From positions 43,220,401 through 43,284,400 of the forward strand of contig CM120641.1 of assembly GCA_051362555.1 (NCBI GenBank): a DNA stretch of 64,000 nucleotides, given 5' to 3'. Origin of the DNA: Lingula anatina (lineage: Eukaryota; Animalia; Brachiopoda). Made by a program: the position numbers and the translations under genes. Below, in pieces: positions 34,418-57,759 of the stretch. The notes beneath the pieces were generated by a model, which did not search any database, was not told the origin of the DNA, and saw only the letters and a list, made by a program, of their open reading frames with translations. Each line of letters opens with the position of its first letter. The first letter of the stretch is position 1.

Positions 34418-34560
34418 CTGATCTACAGGACCTCTTTGTGAGAATAAGAGGCCAGAAACTACGAAATGTCCCTCTTTTCTGCCTCTGTGAAAGAGTTTTG
34501 GAGCAGCAACTGCGAAATTTTCAAATTCCAAGATGGCGTGGCTTCATTTGCTCGCTGGGC
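34418..34560 (-). promoter_or_regulatory. Putative non-coding first exon / TSS region of beta-catenin
   Basis: Minus-strand donor CAG|gtgagc at 34418/34417, a YY1-type motif CAAGATGGCG at 34529-34538, and local CpG enrichment. The first coding exon has its own acceptor (tccag at 29396) 27 nt upstream of the ATG, implying an upstream UTR exon. Confidence 0.55.
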
Positions 34561-35316
34561 TAACACACCTTTGAGAAGAGCGCGTCAAAATATAGTCCAA
34601 CGGGTTTAATATCCTCAATACCTATCAAATACGCTTATAACACTAACAACTATTTACGCATTTTACAATAATATGAATTTTCTATTTTATTTCTTAAAAA
34701 GAATTATGCTCATCTAGTATCTTTTAAAAACGGTTTAAATATCCAATTACTGCAAATAGTCCCGCCGGGTGGCGCAGGGCTGTATGCATTGTTTTCGTTA
34801 GGTCGCTACGCGTAGGAAATGCTCAGTCAACGGAAAGGTATGCTGAGGATCAATCACTATGAAAGGAGAGAGAGTGGCAGGTATGGCAAAATCAATATTA
34901 TATGCGGAGGTGTAAAAATGCCACAAACATCTCCAAATGCCATCATCTTAGACAATATTGAACTTGAATTTAATCAAGTAAAAACAAGTGGGTTGAAATA
35001 TTATTAAAATATGAACATAAATCGATTTAAAAATAAATAAAAAACAAATTATAAAAAAATATGGATGCAAGTGAAAATGTAAAGTGTAACTGATTTAGCA
35101 GCTGAATTAAGACCACTTACGTCATTCAAAGTGGAGTCTTCAAAAATTAACATAGAACAAAAAAGAACAATCATGAATGTGAAATGTATTATTTTTTTCT
35201 TCACCCCCATCTCTTTTTTATGCAGAGAAAGCAACATGTTAATTATTAAGCTTTAAACACAAAATGTAATACAGTATGATGATCAAACGTTTAACTTGGG
35301 GAAAGATAGGCCTATC

Positions 35317-35341
35317 AGAGAGAGAGAGAGAGAGAGAGAGA
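35317..35341 (+). repeat. (AG)n microsatellite upstream of the beta-catenin TSS region
   Basis: Perfect agagag run. Confidence 0.85.
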
Positions 35342-36724
35342 CGGAATAACAAAAAGACCTGAATGATGATTCGGAGTGAAAAATAATTGAGTTTTATGCG
35401 TTTGATTCTTTTCTCTGTGAAAATGGCAGTAACAACTTCGCCTCAATCCTGTTAAAATACATGTAAAGGTGCAACTCCCAACAAAAGAAACCAAGAAACA
35501 AAGCCTTTTGATGGGGTTTCATTTGATTTCTTTATGCTGTCTGTATAAGCCCACGTTATTGTTAAGTGATACATCGTTTTTTAAATTTCCAATATTTGTC
35601 AGCAAAATTGCTTATTAAAGCACAATGGGCATTAAATGGTTTCTCGTTAAAACTTTTTCGGCGTTGCTCGAAATGGGCGTGGCTCATCCACAAAATTCAC
35701 ATCCATGTAGGCCCACTATACCCGCAAAATATGCCCTTGAAAAAGTTGAGAACAATTATTTGCCACTAATTTTAATTGATATCTATACAATTTTGTTATA
35801 AGCCGAGATAATAACACAATAAACATCACGTTTTACTTATCCGCATTTAAAATCAGACTGCGTGTTTGCTTATCGCAAAGACTGGTTGTGCTGGTTGTGT
35901 TTTTCTCACCTATCGTAATCATACGATGATTACCGTTGTCACATTGTGTTGCGCATGAACGTGCTAAATGCATGGCTTTCTTCACATCTTTTTTTCCTTT
36001 TCTAAAACAAAAACAATTGGGATTCTCTCATTATAGCTTTAAATAACCAATGCTGAAAATACTCAACATCAGCTAACTTCTTCCATATTATAACATGTCT
36101 AATTGCCAAATATCCTATTATAATGGGAATTTGCATGTATTAAATACATGCAAAACATCGAAGACATCCCACCACTAAAATCTTTAAAAAAAAAACATTT
36201 TTGAACATAAATTTATTTAAAAATAATCACAAAACAATGTTTTTACTGAAGAAAAGTATATTTAGGAAGTATGCTTTCTTGAGAATTTATCCAGGGCGTC
36301 CCAGTACCCCACTCGTTTTTCGCCAGCTTCTTGAGGAGAGGAAATTTGGTTAGTAGATCTATAGTTCTCTTACCGTCACTATCGTCTCCTAGCGACAGCT
36401 TTCTGCTGTAACCATGTGAAAATGACAGATCGTTTCAACCCAAGGAAGTATTTATTGTGTTGATCTCAGATATAAAATCAATGAGTGGAAAACCTATTAG
36501 TAACGTGATAGGAGACGCAACATTACGGTCCCTGCTCAGGTGTGGGCGATGGACTAGATTATTAACTTAGCGCCTTTGACAGTAAAATCTGACATACAGG
36601 TAAACAAGACTTGAAACAAATCAGACGAACATGTTAATTGGAAAGAGCCGAACAGCAATAAGGTGCCCAAAACAGTAGATGTGAAATGACTTTAGTTTAA
36701 ATCATGGAATTGAATTTACAAATA

Positions 36725-37580
36725 TACCGAACAAAAATATAAACGCACGAAACTAAAATGGTCAGTTGAAATAGATAATCATGAAATATGCCCAGGTTGA
36801 TGGTTTATTTGTGAACTGATGGATTTGTTTTAATCAATTATAGTGGTCTGGTTTCACTTGGCCGCTCCCCGTGAGTATACTCAAAGGTTCAGTTTTTAAA
36901 CCCATAAGACTAATGGAGCATGACGGAGTAGAGGTCAATCTGCAAGACCAATACTGGGACACTCTCTACCGTCTAGGCAATAAAAGGACACACCAAAATG
37001 TGTATTTCTGCCACTTGTCAACATGCCACAGATGTATGGAACCATGAGGGAGCATGCCATCAGCATGCTCAATGCTGGCTTGTCAGTAACAGAAGTTGCA
37101 GCATGCCTGAATGTGCATCATTCCACTGTCAGCCGTCTGGGAACATGCTTCAGAGACACTGGTAGCATTAGGAACCACCCTCATGCACCATGTCGCCCAA
37201 CAAACACCTGTGGAATGTTCTGGATCAGTTTTCAGCCATCATGTTCCAGCTCTCGAAAATGTATGCCAACTGCAAGAAGCACTCCAGGAGGAATGGGATA
37301 ATATCCCTTAGGCCTCTATTGACAACTTAGTGATGTCCATGCGCCGCTGGTGTACTGCTCTGCACAAATTTAATGGTGTCTGTGAACTCAGGATGTTGAC
37401 CCCCATGGTGTATTTGATGCCCTAACTCTTGGACTATGCATTTAAACTTCCCCTAATGCTCTCAAATGATGTTTATTTGTCGAGAAAAATATGCTGTTAT
37501 TTTTGGCTACATACTCTAGTTCCATATATGAAAATAAATCTACAAATTATTCTTTCGTGCGTTTATATTTTTGTTCAGAA
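36725..37580 (+). mobile_element. Internally deleted Tc1/mariner element, copy 1 (both TIRs present)
   Basis: TA-flanked TIRs taccgaacaaaaatataaacgcacgaaa and tttcgtgcgtttatatttttgttcagaa. Transposase remnant: N-terminal HTH (REHAISMLNAGLSVTEVAACLNVHHSTVSRL..FRDTGS) joined, with a frameshift, to the C-terminus (QLQEALQEEWDNIP*..IDNLVMSMRR). The DDE core is missing. Confidence 0.9.
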
Positions 37581-37600
37581 TATTTGGTATTCCAATCTAT

Positions 37601-38190
37601 ACATCACTAAGTTGTCAACAGAGGCCTAAGGGATATTATCCCATTCCTCCTGTAGTGCTTCTTGCAGTTGGCGAACATTTTCGGGAGCTGGAACATGATG
37701 GCTGAAAACTCTGATCCAGAACATTCCACAGGTGTTTGTTGGGCGACATGGTGCAGGAGGGTGTTTCCTAATGCTACCAGTGTCTCTGAAGCGTGTTCCC
37801 AGACGGCTGACAGTGGAATGATGCACATTCAGGCATGCTGCAACTTCTGTTACTGACAAGCCAGCATTGAGCATGCTGATGGCATGCTCCCTCATGGTTC
37901 CAGACATCTGTGGCATGTTGACAAGTGGCAGAAATACACATTTTGGTGTGTCCTTTTATTGCGTAGACGGTAGAGAGTGTCCGAGTATTGGTCATGCTCC
38001 ATTAGTCTTATGGGTGTAAAAACTGAACCTTTGAGTATACTCACGGGGAGCGGCCAAGTGAAACCAGACCACTACAATTGATCAAAACAAATCCATCAGT
38101 TCACAAGTAAACCATCAACCTGGGCATATTTCATGATTATCCATTTCAACTGACCATTTTAGTTTCGTGCGTTTATATTTTTGTTCAGTA
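37601..38190 (-). mobile_element. Truncated inverted copy 2 of the same deleted Tc1/mariner element
   Basis: Reverse complement of about 36725-37336, including the left TIR (..gtttatatttttgttcagta|ta) and the same HTH/C-terminus fusion (ORF 37626-37916). Confidence 0.9.
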
Positions 38191-39604
38191 TATTATATGG
38201 GCATGTATTCTTCACAACACTACAGTCAGTTACTAAAAATAAAGAGTGTATGTTGGATTGTTACAGTAGGAGAATTCATGATGAAATAAAGTATGGAGTG
38301 GTAATATTGATACATCTAAAATTTTATCTATAATTACTACATTATACAAATTTCAAAACCAATATTCCCATACATTTGAAATACCATAATTTCTTTTATT
38401 ATCATTAACAGGTTAGAACATGCATTTGTATGGTTGACAGTGAAATTGAATGGCAAATACAGGATTGCTTCCACAACATTTCTATTGCACTGAATTAAAA
38501 AAAGAAAAAATTCAAAGTCACCATCATAAAAGCCACTTAATTATACCAAATTCATACAGGGTAACAACTAGCCGGTTGTGCCTCCAAAATCAGTTCTCGG
38601 GGATTTTGAAGTATGAAAGGAAATGCAGTCTCTTTGCCAAGGTAAGATATACGGAAGTGATTTTGCCATATATTGAAGTGTTTCAGATGACTCAAACAAC
38701 TTTTGATAAATTCTTCATTCAAGTCGGCACACCTGACTCTCTGAATATGACTTAGTTTAGAGAGCAAGTTCTTCCTCTCTCTTAAAAATGCAGGTAAAGC
38801 ATCTTCATTTATTCTCGATGTCATTTTACATGTCTTTGGCAGGGAGTTTTTTTTTCTTTTCAGATTAGTCTCTGTGCTTTTGTACGGGTAGCGCAGTCAT
38901 ATTTTCATAATTTAAAGCCATATGACATCTCATCATTTCACACATACTGATACATGATTATGTGCTTATGATTATAACCACCTTCCTCTCTAGTTCAGCA
39001 CATTTAACAAACCCATGGCTGTTATGCTTTTCTCAGTTGTCATTAAACAAGACCCTTAGTTTTAGTTTTGGTTACTCAAAAAAGTTGATAAAGAGTTCAG
39101 TTTTCAGTCGTCTATAACACTCACTTTGGAACTACTTTCTTTACATTCATATTAGTGTCGAAGGACTAAAATGAAGGTTTGTGGTCAGAATTCCCATTCT
39201 CTTGCTTGATGCAGATCTGAATAGCAAGTTTAACCCAGGCATATTATATCTTAGGTTAAAACAATCTATACTATACATACTATTTAGCTACAATACAGCA
39301 TTAAATGTATTATGAGGCATGCACAAAGTGTTTATAATTTGGGATGGCCTTCTAGCACATACAAGTATTGGCTGTTGTCTTTGGCCTTTTCCCCGAAGCC
39401 CCTCTTCAGATAGTGAACGGTGCAGATACTTCTTAAATGCAGACAACTGACCAGTTATATGTTGGTATCTGTTATTTCCTGACCAACAGAAATGAGACAT
39501 TTCTGTTTTCTGCTGCCCTGTCTTTATCCACTTCTTACAAGGGCACAGGGGAATGATTGTGCTTCTAAAATGCATTTTTCTGACCAACAGATGTATAGTG
39601 TGTG

Positions 39605-51153
<11,549 letters not shown>

Positions 51154-52376
51154 TATAATGCGTAAAACAACCAAATTATAAAAGAAATCTACAGCTGGAA
51201 ATGTTATAGCCCTTTCCTCATTATTGAAATGGGAAACATATTACATCGATAATTTGGCGTTGTAAAACGCGCGCCATTCGGGTAGATAAATTAGGGTATC
51301 GTGCAACCTTCTTGGGTTCATTCAGATAAATATATTCTGTCATTTATGAAGGTCAAATAAATTTTAATTTAAGCAATTTTCGTGCTAAGCAATACAATGT
51401 AGTTTAAAGAAAACACGTATTTATTTATGTACAGTATTTTCGCGCGTTTTATCTGATCTATTTTATTGGCAAGCATTATTGGTGGATATCGTGACAAGTT
51501 TCCGTCTCGGCCAGGAAGATGACTAGGATTCCTTCTCCCTCAACTAAGCCGGAGAAAATTGTTTCGGTTTTAAACCGGATGGGTAAGACGTATTTTTGTT
51601 AATGTAATTTATTAAACCCCTGTGTGTCATTTAGGGCGTCTGTAGTGTAGTAGCCAGCCCCTGGCGGGGACTTGGGTTATAGTTTAATTCATGTGGCCTT
51701 ATCAGCACAGCAACCGAGGCCGTGCTGGAGGAGTGGAAAATATGCATGCTTGCAGTTCGTGACTTGACCCCTCCTCCGCCGTGGTTAATATTGAACACAG
51801 CGAAGCCTACACACGACGCGCTGATAAATGGCTCACGTTACCTCACATTTCACTTGCCATTCACAAGGGGCGTTTTATTGAAGTCACGCACCACGACCGT
51901 GTGCGATACAAAGAGATTCAGTTACCGGCGGCTTGTTCATGAATTTGCAATAAACGCACGGCTGGGACAATGTACTACGTGCTCTGACACACTTCCATAT
52001 CACTGCAACTCAAGATGAATCAAGGGGTCAGATTCGGCACAAGACGGCGACGACTAACGTTCGTGTTTACACTGTGACCACTGCTGCTTGTACCGCACTA
52101 ATTTCAGCCGTTCTCGGGGTAATCGTCTACGGTAAATGTTACTTCTTAAAACCAGTTTATTCCTTAATTAGCAGTCTGTTTAGTGTTTTGTTTTTCTGTG
52201 TCACGGTTGGTAGATTTTGATCCGTGTTTGTGTCATATCCTATTTACCGTGAATTGAGGACTGGGATGGTGATAAAGTTCCCATGTGTCCACCACAATCT
52301 GTGGGTGCAAGTTTGGTTCTTTAACTATTTTTTTCTCTCAGTTCTCCAGTGATATGACAGGTGTTCCAAGCAGACT
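51154..52376. promoter_or_regulatory. Putative bidirectional promoter region of NABP (-) and the bHLH-ZIP gene (+), with candidate 5' UTR exons (about 52000-52131 and 52342-52376)
   Basis: CpG-enriched segment directly upstream of the NABP ATG. Plus-strand donor acg|gtaaat at 52131/52132, acceptor ttctctcag at 52341 and donor act|gtaagt at 52376/52377. Confidence 0.5.
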
Positions 52377-53766
52377 GTAAGTACATTCACTCCAGTATAA
52401 TTAATAAGATGAATGATTTTATGATTTTAGAATTTGTCAGAAAATAATTGGTGAAAGAGTTAGTTGAAGTCAAAAGGTTAACAAGACCAAGTTATTAATA
52501 GGGTACAGCAGGTATACTATGGCACCTTTGGGAGTTGAATACATCTTAGCTGAAGAACAGAGTTTTCGTGTAACATCTATTGGAGTTAAACACATTTAGT
52601 TGTTTTTGTCACATTTAGAAAAAATCACTTAAATTAAGAGTATCATAAACGCTGTCTGTTTTTTTATGTAAATTTCTATATTGTGAATTCTATTTACCTC
52701 CGCATGAGGACACAGACAATGCTAGAATTGATTTTTTTATTAAGATGTAGGTCATGCATCCAGGTCACTATCCTCTCTGAGCTCTCCAGATATGATAGAC
52801 CATTAACTTTTTTTTTTTTAGGAAAGCATGAATCTAAAAAGAGGAGTGAACCTTATATTTTAATAGTCATGTAAAAAATTTAATGTGATGATTCTACAAC
52901 AAGTGGTAACATGTCTAGCAAAATAAACACTGCGTAATGTAGATATATGAAATATATCATATAGATTTTTGAAATGGACATTCCACCACTTTTGATCTGT
53001 AAAATGAAATATCATCGAATATCATCTGTTGACATAGCTTGATAGACTCATGAATTAGAGGGTAGAATAATGTTCTGTTTTGTGGCCCAATCTTCCTAAT
53101 GAAACCGAAACAGGTTTTAAAACAAGTACTGTGCTTTGAGTATGTATGCCTGCCTGTGTATATGAGGGCTTACTAAAGAATACTGGTTTATGATGAATAA
53201 AATGGTTTTGTGTGAGTGTAAATTGGATAAGTTTTCAGAAACACCTACACTAGAAGGTTGTCTTTTGCATATTCATTGTTTATTGTCATGTTCTTACATG
53301 CAACATTATAATAGTACATAGGTATGTGTGTGTGTGTATTGTTTTTTTTACCACTGCACTAGTACTTTATGTTGTTTATATGTTTTCAGGTAAAAAAAAA
53401 AGTCAGTCTTAGCATTTTATTTCATGTCAAAATATTTCTTGCTAAAAGTCAGAGGTATAAGGTGGTTATCCCATTCATTCACAAATTCACTTTAACATTT
53501 CACCTGAGTTCTAATGAAGGAAATGCAAATGTCATCTAGAGACAAGACTTTGTCACAGTTCAATATGGTTGAAGTGGAAGATTCTGCATGAAATGCTGAC
53601 ATTTTGAAAAGCGTGACGCACGTGTGGTTCAGGCAGTAATAACTCTGCCGTTGGACTTTATATTCAGCATTAATTACTACTGGAAGGTGATTTGGCATGT
53701 TACACATGGTATGTTTCTTGGGTGTAGATGGCATGCTGGCTGCCTGGTTTGTTACAGTGATGCGAT

Positions 53767-53996
53767 CTTTTCAGTGGGCAAAAATTATCAAGATTTCAGA
53801 TACATTATTTTTATAATCTCAAAAATTATATTTCTGTATTATATTTGTGGTGCTTAAACTGTATAGAATAGAACTACAGAATAGCCTGCTTTTTAATTTT
53901 GTTGCTACGACTCAATAAGAAGGTTCTAATTTTAAGAAATTATTACTTTAAAAATGCAGTATATGTAAAATTCACTATTTTCTTCCTTTGAAAAGT
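53767..53996 (+). mobile_element. Third copy of the approximately 225-bp MITE family
   Basis: cttttcagtgggcaaaaatt...tagcctgctttttaattttgttgctacgactcaataagaaggttctaattttaag...cctttgaaaag aligns with 48143-48364. Confidence 0.65.
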
Positions 53997-56900
53997 TAGA
54001 GTAATTACCATATTTGTGCCTGTATTTCTGCCTGTGTGATGAGCCTGCCTCGATCCATCTTTTTGTTTGTCTTGATCCTCTTTTGCTTGCCCATCAATTT
54101 GTATACTCATTTTGTCTGTACGTGTTTCTCCAATTATTTGCTTGTCTCTCAGTCAGTTCAAACACCTTTCTTTAAATGTGTTGGAAGCGGTAACATTTTG
54201 AAAAAAAAAAAGTACCACCACAATTTTTATTGGCTTGTTCTACTATTTGAATCATCATGGCATAATGAATAAAGCACAAAGCTCACATCCAACAGAAGGT
54301 TTTAGCTTGGTTCCATCAAGGTTTCAAGTACTTTCTTGAGCATGTTTTATGTTGATATGTTAGACGTGATTGATGAAGGTATTTGTTATGCAGACATGAT
54401 AGTAGATTTTGGCATTTGTATTTACTAGGTCATAATGGGATCATTGCAGAGATAACTTATTTTGTTGATATTTCATAAATTCTAAATGTATATGTGTACA
54501 TAGTCTAAGATCTTTTGCATTTTGTTAACTACATCATAAGGGAAAAACAGTGTGTATCTGTTCCTCCGTAATCAATATTTTCAAGATAACTTGAATGTCA
54601 CGTTGAGAGAAATAAAAGAGGCTGGTTCTCAGTCATGCCTTCATGCAGGGCAAACCTCTGCAATCAATAGATGTGAAATATTCATTTTCATCACGTTACA
54701 ATCTAAAAGCCTCCCCACCTACCCTCCCTTGTGGGCCACTAATAAAAGTTCTAATTCAACAGCAAGGGAAGGCAACCACAGCATAATCTGGTTCAGAGAG
54801 TTGTTAAACTGTAAATTGTTTTAGGTTTAAAACATTATTATAGAATAATATATACTAGTAAATGACCAGGGATTTGAATATCTGAAGCACAGTGGGGTCT
54901 CTCAGTTGGAGGGTAGAGTTACAGAGAGACCCCAAAGCACCTGAGACTTTTATATCCTTTGTGAGTGGCTTAGTTGTGTGGTGACACAGTTCTAGAATAA
55001 AACCTTACTGAACACAGAAAAGGGTACATAGGCAACTACTTGCTATATGAATGGATTTAGGCAGTATGGGAGTGAGGGTGGTGGGGGATCGACCCCCTTC
55101 CCCACCCACAACCCCACACATACACACACCAAGTTCTTTTAAGTAACTTGCGTCTGGAATTCATCATAAGTTTTGTTGTAATTATTATTATTGCATCATT
55201 GCATGTACTTTGTGTCAGAAAGATGGGATACTGGAAAAAAACAACATTGAGTATCTCAGTAAATGTGTTTTTCAATATAACCGCGTTAAAGCTGATGAAA
55301 ATCATTCATATACTTGTACCACATATCTTGCCTATGGTACCGTGACATAGTATATGTGAGTATTGATGGTGGCTGTGATGCAGGATACAATATATTCATG
55401 TTGGTTTCACCGCCACTGTACTTACCTGGGTCCTCTGTATGTGACTAGAATGCGACTAACGTGTTCAAGTGACACAAAGCAATTTAAGCTGAACCTTTTT
55501 GTAACACATGCCCCGTCATGGTTCATATGCCGTAGGTACAAGAGGCTCACAACTGTTGGACTTGTTGAGTCATAGAGCATTTGTTAAACGCTGCACAGTA
55601 AAATTTCAGTAATTTGTAGATTTTACTGAAAATTTACGTGTACCTCTTCATAGTGGAGGGTCAAAACAACTGTCATTTGTAAACTATGGAATCAGATGAT
55701 AAGCAAAAACAAACACATATTGATTTATTAAGTTGAACTTTTTGATAAAGTAAATCTTGTTATCAGAAAGTATTGAAAATATAAACATTTATGTCCCTAT
55801 CAGTATAATTAGTGTACTTCATGATTGATAAGACAGAGCTTCTCTTTGGCCTGAAGTAAATGGATGTGACAGTGAAGTTAACAAGCCAACTGGAACAGGT
55901 AAAGACCCCCCCCCCCCCCCCACGCCACCGCCCCTTTATTTTTCATTCTCAAAAAGTGTCAAGTTTATTGGGGCATGGTTACATGCAAAGAGGCATTTAA
56001 ATTTTATGGAATAAAGAAAGAAAAAACATGGCTCTTTGTGGAAAGTAATTGGAATATTCGTTTTCTTGAAAGAGCATTTTTGTTATGTAAAATGGTTGAT
56101 TTGGTCATTCAACCATTACACTTTTCAGCTCGTGAATGCCACAAACAAATTATGTCTAATATTGACTGCAATTAGATCCTTGCATCCTAGCAGGTAGCAG
56201 CTCACGAAGAGTCTCATCAGGTTGGACACTATGGGGAAACAGGTCAGCTTTGAAATAATTTGCCAAATACTCAAACAAGTGCAGAGCTTTTTTTTTCTTA
56301 AACCAAACTTTTCAACTTGGTTTCTACATTTAATTGATTCTGCAGAAGAGATCTCAATTTCCCTGTAGACTAAATCTTTTAAACAGATGTTCTCCTTCAT
56401 TACCAAAACAAAGCAGCAGAGTCATCCCTGTCCCCTACCATAAGGGATGATAGGACTGGTCTGAGACCCACGGACATTCTACAAAAAAAAAAAAGTCCCA
56501 GATTGCACCCATTTCCCTAGAAAATTCTTGGGTTCCACAGAGAGAAGTGGCAAGAAGAAGAGACAGAAGAAATTAAAAGAAATTCCATCTTCTTGATGTC
56601 CCTTATCTGCCGGTGATAAGATTCGATATTATTGATAATCATGCTGCACTGTATTCTACAGCACATGACACGGTTTGATTAGAACTCAGCTGTGAGACTT
56701 GTTCCCCGGTTATGCTTCTCGCCACGTCTCTGGAAATTATTGATTTGAAGACGGTTCTTACTGTGAAACGCTCTCAGGCAGCAGTTTGTCTTTTTCTGTC
56801 AAATGCATGCAGTTGGACCCTCTCAGAAATTATTACAATGGGTAGTATATGTCACAAGGCCTACATTAACATGGCATATTGCCCTTGATTGTCATTATTA

Positions 56901-57759
56901 GGTGTTATTGGTGTCCTAGTTTATCTCTCTCCCCTCCCCCCCTCCCCCCCCACACACACACACTTATGTCTTAAGAATTGCTGTTTAAATATAGTTTAAA
57001 GTACAAAGTATCCAGCCCATGCATATGCATCTGTTGCGTGTCTGCATTGTGCATGTCTTGTGGAATTGGCAGGCCATGATGGTTCACCTTTTGTTCTCCA
57101 GCTTCTGAATTAGCATTAATTTGATATTGGGAATATTGCCTTTCTGGATGCTTCAGTTTACTAAGTTCTAAAAAGGTGGAATAAATTTACGTGGTTTTAT
57201 AGGTTCAGAAATAGGAATGAGGTTATGATGACCTTATATCTCTTGCAGATATGACTTGAGTAACTCACCTGTGTGGCCTGATGGTTTCAGGTGTTCATTG
57301 TGTATCATAATAGCCTACTTTATTTTACCTGTGGCTTGGTGATATTGTGAGTGATTTTGACTGATCGTCAGGAAACACCTTTTTTATAGAATAAATTGAT
57401 TTTTCAGTTGTGAAACAACCATTGACAAATTTAACAAAATTAACTTTGAATTTAAATCATGGTTGCACTAACAACAAGTGTGTATATCAATTTTAAAAGG
57501 TCTAACATGATCTTTCTATGATGCTGTAGCCATTTAAATGTTTTATCTGTTTTATTACAAAAGAATATTTCAGATGCTTAATTACAATTCAGTTGATTTA
57601 CTCATTTGCCAATATGCTCATTTGCCGTCCAACTGATATAAATCGTGAATGGTTAATAGCCATAGTGAAATGTGATATAATTAATTACACAGAGACAGAA
57701 ATGAAACTATCTATCAGTGTTCACTCTTTCATTTTTTCTTCATTCTCAGCTGACAGCAC

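Noticed and set aside
38552-38824. 90-aa minus-strand ORF
   Set aside because: Lies in the probable NABP 3' UTR, with no domain, paralog or splice support.
53375-53395. ttttcag|gtaaa juxtaposed acceptor/donor (recursive splice point) in the predicted UTR intron
   Set aside because: The intron is only about 5.4 kb, the donor is weak and a chance match is likely.
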